A stretch of DNA of 38,525 nt from a candidate division WOR-3 bacterium (GTDB lineage Bacteria; Hydrothermota; UBA3072; B12-G15), in the NCBI GenBank assembly GCA_965649055.1, contig CBFGJG010000017.1:1-38525 (forward strand), written 5' to 3'. A program made the position numbers and the translations under genes. Within the stretch, counting starts at the first letter, position 1, and each line of letters begins with the position of its first letter. The notes under the pieces are model-generated. The model saw nothing but the letters and a program-made list of their open reading frames with translations. It was not told where the DNA came from and searched no databases. This document shows, one piece after another, positions 28,782 to 38,525 of the stretch.

Positions 28782-31700
28782 TTATCTTTTTATGTTCACC
28801 TCAAAACCACCCCAGATATTTCCTTCTTCATTCCTCTGTAATATTATATTACCCTTCCTCATAATGTATTTTAACAGAAACTGGTCAGGGTTTTCTGCAA
28901 ATATATCCCTTGTATAACTTCCATAGATATTCTTTGTGAAATATTTCCCAACCGTTATCTGTGTTGATTTTTCAGCACCAAAAAGGTTTGCATTAAGGTC
29001 AAGTGCATCTATACCTAATGAATTCCTTATCCTGTTTAAAAGCTGTGTCCTTATAACATATGATACTGCCTTTGATGGAATCGTTGTGCTCATCCTCTGG
29101 AATTTAGCAAGGTCTGTCCATTTCATATCAAGATTTAAAAGTGGTATTATTTCCTGTAATCCAAGTGGTGGTAATGGTGGCTCTGTATAAAGGTCAAACT
29201 GCAAATCTGCAAGTGTCCCGGAAACTTCAAGTATAACAGGACCTGTTATCATATTCTTTTTACCTTTTTCTTCCTGTTCTTCCTCATAGGTGAGTGTTGA
29301 CCTTGCTTTTAGATTTATATTTGGAATGATTTCTTCTACAAATACAAATCTTCCTTCTTCCACACTGAATGGTTTATCAAAATAATAAAAATATCCAGCA
29401 AGGACATTCATCTCACCTTCTATCTTTATTCTATCTTTCTTCTTCACAACAACAGAACCTCCAAGTTCCATATCAACAAGGTCGTTTCTTATCCAGACAT
29501 TCCTTGGCATATTCACAGTGATATCTATATCCATCGGGAATTCCTTTGGTTTCACACCTTTCTTTCTTCCACCAAAAGGAATATTTGCTACAACCTTTAA
29601 TATATCAATGTTACCTTTTATTGATGGTGAGAATGGGCTTCCGCTCATTGTTACTATACCATTAAGATTTGCCTCTGTATAAAAAACATCTTTTATATAA
29701 AAATTAACCAATTTTGCAACAATATTCATATCATAAGGCTTAAAATCTTTAAGTAAAACATATCCAGAAGTGTTGATTGTTTTATCTTTATTTAAAATTT
29801 CAAGGTCTACCCTATCTTCTCTAATCTTTATATTACCACCAAAATCTTCCATCTTTAAATTTATCTGTGGTATTGAAAAAGATATACCTGAAATTTCAAT
29901 ATTACCATCTATATCAGGTTTTTCAATTGTTCCTTTCCCCTGAATATCAATTTTTATCCCGCCTTTATAGATATTTATATCTTTTAGATTTGAAACAAGC
30001 GGTCTTATATCAGAAAATTGTATATTTATATTTCCCTCTAATGGTTTATTATTTATAAGCCCTTTCTTCATCTCAAATGGAACCTTCGCAGTTATCATTG
30101 ATGGTAATGTATCTTTGTACAGTTTTAAAGAATGCAATGTTATATAGTCTTCCTTATAATCAACAAGAAGGAATACAGAATCAAATTTTATATCGTTAAA
30201 CTGGAAATGATTCAAGACACCATAAACACCAAAAACAGGTTTCTCCTTTGTTCCCCTTGCGGTTATATAAAAATCAAGGTCACCTTTCAATATCTGTTTC
30301 AGACCAAGGAACATTGCAACCTTTCTTAAATCAGGTGATAATAAATTTATAGTCAAATCAAGTGAATCACCAACATCACCATTCACCATGAACTGAACAC
30401 CAGGAGCAGCTATTGCGAAGTCTCTTATATTAATATCTTTCTTTACAATAGTTATTTTTATAACTTCCTTGTTTTTTATATCTTCCTTATCTGGCATCTT
30501 TATAAGCATTGTATCTATGTTTACAAGAATAGTATCCTTTATTATTGCATTTCCTTTAATATTAAACCTGTTCTTCTGGAATTCTGTATTTAATGAATAT
30601 TTAACCTCTTCATTTATAACACTTGCTTTTATATTCAATCTTTCAATCTCATTTTTCCCAAACTTTATCTTATTTACAAATATTGTTGCAGCACCTGATT
30701 TTAGATTTTCTATTTCTGGTTCCAAGAATAAAGAATCAACTTCAATATTGTTCAAAGAAAAAGAAGTCAAGGTCAAAATACCTGATAATCCCGGGTTTTT
30801 CATATCCCCATTTATCTTGAAATTCATCTTCACAATACCATACGGTTTTACCTTCAAAAAACCATGAAGTTTTTCAAGATTAATCCCGTAAGAATTTATG
30901 TTAAAATCAAATTCGTTTCTGACATAACTTCCCTTTGCATCAAAATTCATTCCATCACCATCTATATGAAATGTATCTATTTTTATATCCATAAAATCCC
31001 TTTTACCTGAAATTTTTAAACTCGTAATCATCAAATCTTCAATCCTTGTATTATTAAAATTAACATCAAAAGTGCCATTACCCTTCGTATTAACATTAAA
31101 TGTTATTGAACCATTAAGGTCTGTCTTCATACCTGCATACTCTTTTATATTAAATCCTTTCATCACAATCCGGCCTTTAATTCTATCAAGGTAATTACCC
31201 TTTGCATCACAATAAAATCCATTTGATTTTATCATTACCTTAAAATCTTTATCAATAAGTTCAGGTTTGATTTCAAGATAACTCAAAGAATATTCTTTGA
31301 AGATTACATCTTTTATAACTATATTACCAGAAACCTTTGGTATTTTAACGCTTCCTGAAAATTGAATGTTTAATATTATCTTTGATTTTACATCTATTGG
31401 TAAAAATTGGGAAAAATCAGATATATCTATATTACCTTTCAATTTAAGGTCGCTTTCCTTACCGAAAATTCCATCTATGTTTAAAAATCCTTTCTTGAAA
31501 TTTATGTTCATTTTATCCAAAATTACATCAAGACCTTCAAATTTTATACTCGTTGCCCCTTTAATTTTTACCGGGAGTGAATCATTCACAAGAAGAGAAA
31601 TCTCATTCATTCTTATATTCATCTTCTCATCATCAGATAGAATAGATATATCTGTTGAGAGATTTATTTTGTAATTCATCAATCTTATATCACCATCGGT

Positions 31701-32096
31701 AATTTTCATATCATTTATTGAAAAAGGTATAAGCCCGCCACCGCCACCTTTTAGATTCAGGAAACTTTTTATACTATCAATCTTATTAACATAGATTCCT
31801 TTTACATATACACCTTTAAATTCCAGTTCTTTCAACTTAAATGGATTGAATGTCACCCTTGCAGATTCAAGCAAGAGTATATTTTCATTATCTTTTACCC
31901 ATTTTACTTTTTTGATATGAACACTAACAGGTGTTATCTTCAGAGAACCTATCCTAAAATCACCTATTAAGAATTTTCCTGCAAGATTTTCAACAATATC
32001 TTTTGAGTATTTTGTATTTATAAAAATAGTTATACCTGTAATTATAACAATTATAAATATTAAAAAAGAAATCAATATTCTTTTTAAAATCCTCAT
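28782..32096 (-). CDS. tamB: TamB-like translocation and assembly module protein
   Basis: N-terminal anchor, long beta-rich AsmA-like repeats, C-terminal DUF490-like region (ITVGKYFTKNIY); follows an Omp85 gene. Confidence 0.8.
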   Translation of the reverse strand: MRILKRILISFLIFIIVIITGITIFINTKYSKDIVENLAGKFLIGDFRIGSLKITPVSVHIKKVKWVKDNENILLLESARVTFNPFKLKELEFKGVYVKGIYVNKIDSIKSFLNLKGGGGGLIPFSINDMKITDGDIRLMNYKINLSTDISILSDDEKMNIRMNEISLLVNDSLPVKIKGATSIKFEGLDVILDKMNINFKKGFLNIDGIFGKESDLKLKGNIDISDFSQFLPIDVKSKIILNIQFSGSVKIPKVSGNIVIKDVIFKEYSLSYLEIKPELIDKDFKVMIKSNGFYCDAKGNYLDRIKGRIVMKGFNIKEYAGMKTDLNGSITFNVNTKGNGTFDVNFNNTRIEDLMITSLKISGKRDFMDIKIDTFHIDGDGMNFDAKGSYVRNEFDFNINSYGINLEKLHGFLKVKPYGIVKMNFKINGDMKNPGLSGILTLTSFSLNNIEVDSLFLEPEIENLKSGAATIFVNKIKFGKNEIERLNIKASVINEEVKYSLNTEFQKNRFNIKGNAIIKDTILVNIDTMLIKMPDKEDIKNKEVIKITIVKKDINIRDFAIAAPGVQFMVNGDVGDSLDLTINLLSPDLRKVAMFLGLKQILKGDLDFYITARGTKEKPVFGVYGVLNHFQFNDIKFDSVFLLVDYKEDYITLHSLKLYKDTLPSMITAKVPFEMKKGLINNKPLEGNINIQFSDIRPLVSNLKDINIYKGGIKIDIQGKGTIEKPDIDGNIEISGISFSIPQINLKMEDFGGNIKIREDRVDLEILNKDKTINTSGYVLLKDFKPYDMNIVAKLVNFYIKDVFYTEANLNGIVTMSGSPFSPSIKGNIDILKVVANIPFGGRKKGVKPKEFPMDIDITVNMPRNVWIRNDLVDMELGGSVVVKKKDRIKIEGEMNVLAGYFYYFDKPFSVEEGRFVFVEEIIPNINLKARSTLTYEEEQEEKGKKNMITGPVILEVSGTLADLQFDLYTEPPLPPLGLQEIIPLLNLDMKWTDLAKFQRMSTTIPSKAVSYVIRTQLLNRIRNSLGIDALDLNANLFGAEKSTQITVGKYFTKNIYGSYTRDIFAENPDQFLLKYIMRKGNIILQRNEEGNIWGGFEVNIKR

Positions 32097-33769
32097 ATTA
32101 TTCCACCTATCGCTATTATATAATCAACCTTGTTATTATTAAATCTATCCTTCCCGAAACCTATCTCAAGCCTCACAGGGCCAACAGGGGAAACATAGTT
32201 AATACCAAAACCAGTTGATTTATAAAGTCTATCAAGGTATAAACCATCTGTAAAAATAATTGCATAAAGCCCAGTGATTATCCTGAATTTAAACTGGAGA
32301 TTGTATGACATGAATCCATTGTAATAATATCTTTCGGTATAAGAATCATATATATCACCAAAAGAATAATTACCAAGACATCTCAATGTGTTCACACCAT
32401 CATTGTAGAAAAGATACATATATTTTGGAAGTTCTTTATAAAAAACCTTACCTGTTGCACCATAACCTTCAACAACAAACTTACCGAAACCTATTGCTGT
32501 TGCAAATCTTAAATTATAGGACTTAAAAGAACCACCAGTCCTTATGGCACCACCATATTTTAAGTCTGTTATAATTCTTAAACCTTTCTTTGGATCGAAC
32601 GAATTGTCCCTAAAATCAATCTCTGTGTACAGGACCTGAACCTGGTCAAGTTTCAATGCATTTGTTGTATCCCTTGTGTATATCCACTGATAACTGAAAT
32701 AACCACCTTTATTCTCTGAATGTGTGTATCCCAGTTGTGCTTCAATTCTGTTTACACTTTCATAGAATTGTTTCTTCAATTCCTCAAATTTGTATTTAAA
32801 TGTTAAATCAAAAGGTGTCCATAGGATTTCTTTTGATGTGAATGCAAATGAAAAATTTGTCTTTCTTCCTCTTTTTATACTTATACCAGGTTCTGCGTCT
32901 ATCTTTAATCTGTGTTCACCACCAAAAAGCCCTTTTTTAGTCAGACTTATCTTCCCTATTATCCATTCAGGTGACATAAATCCACCGCCAAGATTTATAT
33001 CCATTAGTTGTGCAGGATGTAAGACGAATTTCACATTAACTGAATCCTTCTGTTCTATAAGACCATCTGTTATAACATCTACCCTGCCGAAAAGATATGT
33101 CCCAAGTAGTTTTCTTTTAATGGATGTTATCTTCTCAGGATTATAGATTTCACCCGGCTTTAAATTTATGTATTTTTTTACAACGGATTCCCTTATCTTT
33201 GTTTTATTTTCATATTCAAAATCTTTTATAAATACTTCATTGCCTTCTTCAATAAAATATTTAACTATAACACCTGTTCCTTTAAGCATAGTGAATGTGT
33301 CCTTTATAGTTGCATATGCAAATCCTTTTGTCGAATAATAATCTATCATTCCATAAGTTGAAAGTGCAGACCTTAATGCATCATAAGGCATACCAACTTT
33401 TATCTTTAGAAATTTTTCAAGTGAATCCTTTTCTATTGATTGGCATCCAATAAACTCTATCTTTTTTATCGGATAATGAAGATTTTCATTTATAACAAAC
33501 TTTATTGATACACCTTTGAGTTTTATGTTTACCTTTATATATTTATCAATAGAAACATCAAAGAAACCATTATCCCTGTATAGCTGGAGAAGTTTGAATT
33601 CATCGTGTCTTAATGTATATTCATTGTATTCTGAATTAACCTTTGTATTTATCCAATCAAGAAGGAATTTCGTGCTGAATGCCCTGTTCCCTTCAAATTC
33701 AACTTTTAGGACGGTAAAATTCCCATAAAGACTTATGAAAATGATTATAAAAATAATTATTTTTCTCAA
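32093..33769 (-). CDS. Omp85-family TamA/BamA-like outer-membrane protein
   Basis: Three POTRA-like repeats (FEGNRAFS...YRDNGFF; YSTKGFAY), DFRDNSFDPKKG, GFGINYVSPVGPVRLEIG; TTG start coupled to the ttcA stop. Confidence 0.85.
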   Translation of the reverse strand: MRKIIIFIIIFISLYGNFTVLKVEFEGNRAFSTKFLLDWINTKVNSEYNEYTLRHDEFKLLQLYRDNGFFDVSIDKYIKVNIKLKGVSIKFVINENLHYPIKKIEFIGCQSIEKDSLEKFLKIKVGMPYDALRSALSTYGMIDYYSTKGFAYATIKDTFTMLKGTGVIVKYFIEEGNEVFIKDFEYENKTKIRESVVKKYINLKPGEIYNPEKITSIKRKLLGTYLFGRVDVITDGLIEQKDSVNVKFVLHPAQLMDINLGGGFMSPEWIIGKISLTKKGLFGGEHRLKIDAEPGISIKRGRKTNFSFAFTSKEILWTPFDLTFKYKFEELKKQFYESVNRIEAQLGYTHSENKGGYFSYQWIYTRDTTNALKLDQVQVLYTEIDFRDNSFDPKKGLRIITDLKYGGAIRTGGSFKSYNLRFATAIGFGKFVVEGYGATGKVFYKELPKYMYLFYNDGVNTLRCLGNYSFGDIYDSYTERYYYNGFMSYNLQFKFRIITGLYAIIFTDGLYLDRLYKSTGFGINYVSPVGPVRLEIGFGKDRFNNNKVDYIIAIGGII

Positions 33770-34437
33770 GGTATGTATTCCTTTTTTATATTAAATATTG
33801 CCTTGTAAACATTATTCATCCCATCAGGAAAAGATTGTATCAGCTTTTTTAATTCAGCTCTTTTAGTATTATCTTTATATGGACAGGGATTTTCAAATGC
33901 CTTAAGATTTTTTCTCTTTAAATAGTATTCTATCTCTTTCTCGCTTACAAAATAAACAGGCCTTATAATCCTTAAAAGACCACCAAAAAATTCCTGGTTT
34001 GGTGAAAGTGCTGCGACCTCACCATGAAACAAAATATTCATAAGGAATGTAACAGCAGCATCCTCCCTGTTATGCCCATATGCTATTTTTCTTATCCCAT
34101 TTTCATATGCAACCTCAAAAATCCTTTTCCTCCTCCTCCATGTGCAGAAATAACATATTGTCTCTTTCTTATTATTAAATTCCTTTTCAATCTCGATCTT
34201 TTCAATATGGTATCTTTTAAAATTTTTTTTTAAAAAATCTTCTATACCTTCGATATCCTCTCCAAAACCATTATCAATATGTATCGGAAAAACCTCTGAA
34301 ATATCCTTCCTTTCTTTAAGTATATCTGCAAGGAATATACTATCTTTGCCACCTGAGAATGCAATTGCTACCATTTCACCTTTTTCAATCATATTGTATT
34401 TATAGATTGCAGCAGAGACCTTTCTTTTTATGCTCAT
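33766..34437 (-). CDS. ttcA: TtcA-family tRNA 2-thiocytidine biosynthesis protein
   Basis: PP-loop AFSGGKDS, CYFC, GHNRED, IIRP, NPCP; ATG 34437 overlaps the upstream TGA. Confidence 0.8.
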   Translation of the reverse strand: MSIKRKVSAAIYKYNMIEKGEMVAIAFSGGKDSIFLADILKERKDISEVFPIHIDNGFGEDIEGIEDFLKKNFKRYHIEKIEIEKEFNNKKETICYFCTWRRRKRIFEVAYENGIRKIAYGHNREDAAVTFLMNILFHGEVAALSPNQEFFGGLLRIIRPVYFVSEKEIEYYLKRKNLKAFENPCPYKDNTKRAELKKLIQSFPDGMNNVYKAIFNIKKEYIP

Positions 34438-35876
34438 TCGCTGAAAACAAGTGCCTGGAATCTGTAAAGTTCTGCTGTCTTCCACGCATCTTTTGGTAGT
34501 CCTGCTTTATAACATACCTGCTCAAGGAATGTTTTTCTATCCCAACCCCATTCAACAGGGACCTGTGGAAGTAAAAGACCAGAATAATAACCTTTTATTA
34601 TATAAAGTCCATCCCTCCCAACTACAATTTCTTTTTCAGGGTCTTTAACCTTCTCGAAAGGTGTAAGGACTGATATTTCAATCTCTATATCTTTTAACTC
34701 ATCTTTTTTAACCGGTAAGAATCTCGGGTCCTGTGTTGCTGCTGCTATTGCCATATCAACTACACCAAGATACAATGGTTTTATACCTTTTATTAATCCA
34801 ATGCAGCCCCTTAATTCTCCTTTTTTCTTTAATGTTACAAAAACACCTGTTTGAACCTTTAAATTTTCATCTGTAATTTTAAATTCAGGGATTTTACCAT
34901 TCGTTATATACTCTTCTATCGTCTTCCTTGCTATATTAAGAAGCGTTTTTTTCTCTTCTTCATTCAGTTTAAAACCCAATTCATCTGCTTTTTTTTTAAA
35001 AAATACTGCTGATATATAACCAACTACATATCCTGAATAAACACCCATAACATCGTTTGATGTCGTATGATTCAGGACAATTGAACTATCTGCTCCAAGT
35101 GCTTTTGAAACATTCATAACAACTGTGGAAGGACCATATCCACATGCTGCTGCAATCCCTTTATTTTCCTCTCTTATAATGAATCTAAGGAAACTTTCTG
35201 GTGAAAATTCATTTATATATTTAACTGCTGAATCATTTATCTCCTTTGCTTCCTTGTATGATTCACCATGATAGAAATCAGAACTTGCTATTAAAATAAA
35301 ATCTTTTTCATTTTTTAAAACATTTATAAGGGCATCTGAGAGAATCTTTATATTCTCTTCATTCTGGACACCCATAACAATAGGGACAATCTTAAAATCC
35401 TTTAAGACTATCTGTAAGAAAGGTATCTGGACTTCAAGGGAATGTTCGAAAGTGTGTGCTTCCTGAATGTATCTTATCCTGCTATTTTCTTTCGTCAATT
35501 TCTTTGCAATATCTTCGTCTATTTCAACTTCACCAAGTGGCGTTAACCATTTCCCTTTATCATAGACTGAGATACCATCAAAATATGCACGATGCGAAGG
35601 ACCTATAAGGATAACTGTTTTTATCTTTCTATCTTTTATGGCTGAATAAGCATATGCAGCAGTAGGCCCGGAATATGGATAGCCTGCGTGTGGTGAAATG
35701 ATACCAATAATATCACCATCTATATTCACATCTTTTAGATAAGATAGTATCGTTTTTTTCAAGATATCCGGATTTCCTGGGTAAAACTGATCACTTACAA
35801 CTGGTTTTCTAATCATTGTTTCCCCCTTTGTTTTACATCCTGATATTAAAAAAAACAAAAGAATAAAAATTCTCAT
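34434..35876 (-). CDS. amrB: AmmeMemoRadiSam protein B (MEMO1-like) fused to protein A (AMMECR1-like)
   Basis: QFYP, PHAGYPYSG, GPSH, EHSLEVQIPFLQ, ASSDFYH, VVGY; then GVFVTL..GELRGCIG, DPRF, GLLLPQV. Confidence 0.9.
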   Translation of the reverse strand: MRIFILLFFLISGCKTKGETMIRKPVVSDQFYPGNPDILKKTILSYLKDVNIDGDIIGIISPHAGYPYSGPTAAYAYSAIKDRKIKTVILIGPSHRAYFDGISVYDKGKWLTPLGEVEIDEDIAKKLTKENSRIRYIQEAHTFEHSLEVQIPFLQIVLKDFKIVPIVMGVQNEENIKILSDALINVLKNEKDFILIASSDFYHGESYKEAKEINDSAVKYINEFSPESFLRFIIREENKGIAAACGYGPSTVVMNVSKALGADSSIVLNHTTSNDVMGVYSGYVVGYISAVFFKKKADELGFKLNEEEKKTLLNIARKTIEEYITNGKIPEFKITDENLKVQTGVFVTLKKKGELRGCIGLIKGIKPLYLGVVDMAIAAATQDPRFLPVKKDELKDIEIEISVLTPFEKVKDPEKEIVVGRDGLYIIKGYYSGLLLPQVPVEWGWDRKTFLEQVCYKAGLPKDAWKTAELYRFQALVFSE

Positions 35877-35882
35877 ACAATA

Positions 35883-35910
35883 AATATAAAATAAAACTGA
35901 ATTTTTTCAA
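35883..35910 (-). promoter_or_regulatory. Promoter for a leaderless transcript
   Basis: TTGAAA-N16-TATATT-N6-ATG(35876); no SD. Confidence 0.55.
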
Positions 35911-35945
35911 GGAATATTTAATAAACTTCCTGTTTTTTCTAATAA

Positions 35946-38525
35946 TTACCTAATTACCATAAATTTAAAATTATTTGATGTCTTTTCCCTTCTCTCTATC
36001 CTTCCAAAATATACTCCATTTGGAACTTTCTTATCCCATAATATTTCTTTTTTCGTTATCTTTATCCTGTCTATCACAACACCAAGAACATTGTATATCA
36101 CTATTTCACCTTCCAATATCCTATCAATATGGAATATAATCTTACCTTTCACAATATCATATCTCAATATTACATCTTTATCTTCTTCTATACCTGTTAA
36201 ACCTGTCCTGAAATCTACCTCATTTGGTGCATTTCCTGATATATAAAACCATCTTGAATGTATCGGTGAACCATACTTTGGATGGTATTTTACCCTTAAT
36301 CTCCATTTGTAAAGCGTGTTATTATCAAGACCACTTATTACATTAGATAAATTATATCCAGATGTCCCTAAATCTATCCAATCTGTCGTTATCAGTTCTA
36401 TTCCATCAAATGGTATTCCAATTGGTTTTACTTCTATTTCTGCTTTTCCTAAAATTCTTCCATAGTTTGAGAAAAGATGAGAAGAGAAACCAAATGAGTT
36501 CACTGAATATGTTAAAAGTGAAGGAACTATTGGTGTTGTTAAATCTGTCCTTAATTGTTTTAAGTTCACAAGCATCCCTTTTCCCTCATTTCCATAATAA
36601 ACAAATGCCTTACCTTCGTTTCCTTGTATATTGTCATAAAAATAAGCACCTACAATAATATCAGAGTATCCATCTCCATTAACATCTCCAGCTGTCGAAA
36701 CTGATATCCCATAGTGTGCACCATTATTATCTGATTCTCCTATCCAATCAGGCAATAAAGATAATCCTGACGAAGAACCATAATAAACATATGCCGTTCC
36801 ATTGTAATACTGATCAGCACCTATTATTATATCAGAATATCCATCTCCATTCACATCTCCAGCAGAAGAGACTGAAGTACCATAGTACGCACCTGACTGA
36901 TTTGATTCCCCTGTCCAGTCTGGCGTTGAAGATAATCCAGTTGAAGAACCATAATATACAAATGCTTTACCCTCGTTAGGCTGGCCATTGGTATAATGAT
37001 AAGCACCAACTATAACATCCGAATACCCATCTCCATTCACATCTCCTGCTGTTGAAACTGAATTGCCAAAATATGCATTTAACTGATTTGATTCCCCTGT
37101 CCAGTCTGGCGTTGAAGATAATCCAGTTGAAGAACCATAATATACAAATGCTCTACCTTCATCACTTTCTCCATTGTCATATTTATAAGCACCTATTATA
37201 ACATCTGAATATCCATCCCCATTAACATCCCCTGCTGTTGAGACTGAATAACCATAATTTGCAGATGCCTGATTTGATTCCCCTGTCCAATCTGGTGAAG
37301 AAGATAATCCTGTTGCAGAACCATAGTAAACATAAACTCTACCTTCGTTTGTTTCCACGTTATCATAACTATAAGCGCCTATGATAATATCAGAGTATCC
37401 ATCCCCATTAACATCCCCTGCTGTTGAGACTGATATCCCATAATTTGAACTATCCTGATTTGATTCCCCTATCCAATCTGGTGTTATAGATAATCCTGAC
37501 GGAGAACCATAATAAACAAATGCTCTTCCCTCGTTAGGCTGGCCATTGTCGTAAAAATGAGAACCAACTATCACATCTGAATACCCATCTCCGTTCACAT
37601 CTCCTGCTGTTGAGACTGATATCCCATATCCTGCATCTGCCTGATTAGATTCATATGTCCAAGCAGTTGATGAAGAAAGCCCACCAGAAGAACCATAATA
37701 AACAAATGCTTTTCCTTCGTTTACTTGGATATTTGAATACCAAAAAGCACCTACGATCACATCAGAATACCCATCACCATTAACATCTCCTGCTGTTGAG
37801 ACTGAACGACCATAACACGCATTGATTATATTTGATTCTACTGCCCAGTCCGGGGTTAACGATAACCCATCTGAAGAACCATAATAAACATACGCCCTCC
37901 CTTCATCTGTCTCTCCGTTATCATACCTATATGCACCTATAATTACATCAGAATACCCATCACCATTAACATCTCCTGCTGTTGAAACTGAAACACCATA
38001 ATATGAACTATCCTGATTTGATTCCCCTATCCAGTTAGGTGAAGAAGATAATCCTGTTTGAGAACCATAATAAACATATGCACAACCTTCATCTACTTCA
38101 CTATTGTCATAACCATCAGCACCTATTATTATATCAGAGTATCCATCTCCATTCACATCTCCTGCTGTTGAAACTGAATTGCCAAAATATGCATTTAACT
38201 GATTTGATTCCCCTATCCAGTTAGGTGAAGAAGATAATCCTGTTTGAGAACCATAATAAACATATGCACAACCTTCATCTACTTCACTATTGTCATAACC
38301 ATCAGCACCTATTATTATATCAGAGTATCCATCTCCATTCACATCTCCTGCTGTTGAAACTGAATTGCCAAAATATGCATTTAACTGATTTGATTCCCCT
38401 GTCCAGTTAGGTGAAGAAGATAATCCTGTTTGAGAACCATAATAAACATATGCACAACCTTCATCTACTTCACTATTGTCATAACCATCAGCACCTATTA
38501 TTATATCAGAGTATCCATCTCCATT
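35946..38525 (-). CDS. FG-GAP / integrin-alpha repeat protein with a T9SS-like C-terminal sorting domain (5' truncated)
   Basis: At least 11 repeats of about 62 aa containing (AGDV)NGDGYSD; frame open to the window end; C-terminal GIEE...IYNVLG...PNGVYF. Confidence 0.9.
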   Translation of the reverse strand, partial: NGDGYSDIIIGADGYDNSEVDEGCAYVYYGSQTGLSSSPNWTGESNQLNAYFGNSVSTAGDVNGDGYSDIIIGADGYDNSEVDEGCAYVYYGSQTGLSSSPNWIGESNQLNAYFGNSVSTAGDVNGDGYSDIIIGADGYDNSEVDEGCAYVYYGSQTGLSSSPNWIGESNQDSSYYGVSVSTAGDVNGDGYSDVIIGAYRYDNGETDEGRAYVYYGSSDGLSLTPDWAVESNIINACYGRSVSTAGDVNGDGYSDVIVGAFWYSNIQVNEGKAFVYYGSSGGLSSSTAWTYESNQADAGYGISVSTAGDVNGDGYSDVIVGSHFYDNGQPNEGRAFVYYGSPSGLSITPDWIGESNQDSSNYGISVSTAGDVNGDGYSDIIIGAYSYDNVETNEGRVYVYYGSATGLSSSPDWTGESNQASANYGYSVSTAGDVNGDGYSDVIIGAYKYDNGESDEGRAFVYYGSSTGLSSTPDWTGESNQLNAYFGNSVSTAGDVNGDGYSDVIVGAYHYTNGQPNEGKAFVYYGSSTGLSSTPDWTGESNQSGAYYGTSVSSAGDVNGDGYSDIIIGADQYYNGTAYVYYGSSSGLSLLPDWIGESDNNGAHYGISVSTAGDVNGDGYSDIIVGAYFYDNIQGNEGKAFVYYGNEGKGMLVNLKQLRTDLTTPIVPSLLTYSVNSFGFSSHLFSNYGRILGKAEIEVKPIGIPFDGIELITTDWIDLGTSGYNLSNVISGLDNNTLYKWRLRVKYHPKYGSPIHSRWFYISGNAPNEVDFRTGLTGIEEDKDVILRYDIVKGKIIFHIDRILEGEIVIYNVLGVVIDRIKITKKEILWDKKVPNGVYFGRIERREKTSNNFKFMVIR
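38013..38525. repeat. Near-perfect 186-nt tandem repeat (about 2.75 units)
   Basis: Units start at 38013, 38199 and 38385; one mismatch seen (A vs G at 38401). Confidence 0.92.

Noticed and set aside
34438..34485. Track start of ttcA at 34485
   Set aside because: ATG 34437 forms an ATGA overlap and better fits the family N-terminus
1064..38410. Many short antisense or alternate-frame ORFs in the track (e.g. 3914-4336, 16312-16782, 23394-23978, 38039-38410)
   Set aside because: They lie within well-supported genes and are typical shadow ORFs
35946..38525. CRISPR array or diversity-generating retroelement
   Set aside because: Repeats are in-frame 62-codon protein units with no spacers; no cas gene or reverse transcriptase in the window

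Overview
AT-rich (roughly 30% GC by eye), densely coding chromosomal window from a diderm bacterium. TamA/TamB, lipoproteins and a T9SS-like C-terminal sorting domain suggest an FCB-related lineage such as candidate division WOR-3 (inference only). From left to right: a partial gene; a convergent six-gene cluster (UbiA-like prenyltransferase, rifampin-phosphotransferase-type dikinase, GNAT, degenerate acyl-adenylating enzyme >< CTP-dependent prenol kinase-like protein, DUF3419/BtaA-like SAM transferase) that looks like an uncharacterised lipid pathway; a CsgG-like lipoprotein; a double ferritin-like protein; a conserved hypothetical-xerC-suhB-HET-C-like operon; two small membrane proteins; a CHASE2 cyclase plus a CsgG-like/beta-barrel protein; an operon encoding an SPFH protein and three zinc-ribbon proteins (ydjGI-like, no PspA); a CsgG-TPR lipoprotein; tRNA-Arg(ACG) overlapped antisense by rlmD; nfeD-stomatin-GT4-rlmD; AmmeMemo fusion-ttcA-tamA-tamB; and a truncated FG-GAP repeat protein ending in near-identical 186-nt repeats. 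Sequence-level patterns include sigma70-like promoters with mostly 16-bp spacers, several apparently leaderless genes, two genes whose conserved N-termini lack a canonical start codon, and an 18-bp quasi-palindrome shared by two intergenic regions. No transposase, CRISPR array or prophage was seen. All family assignments come from motif recognition, not database searches.
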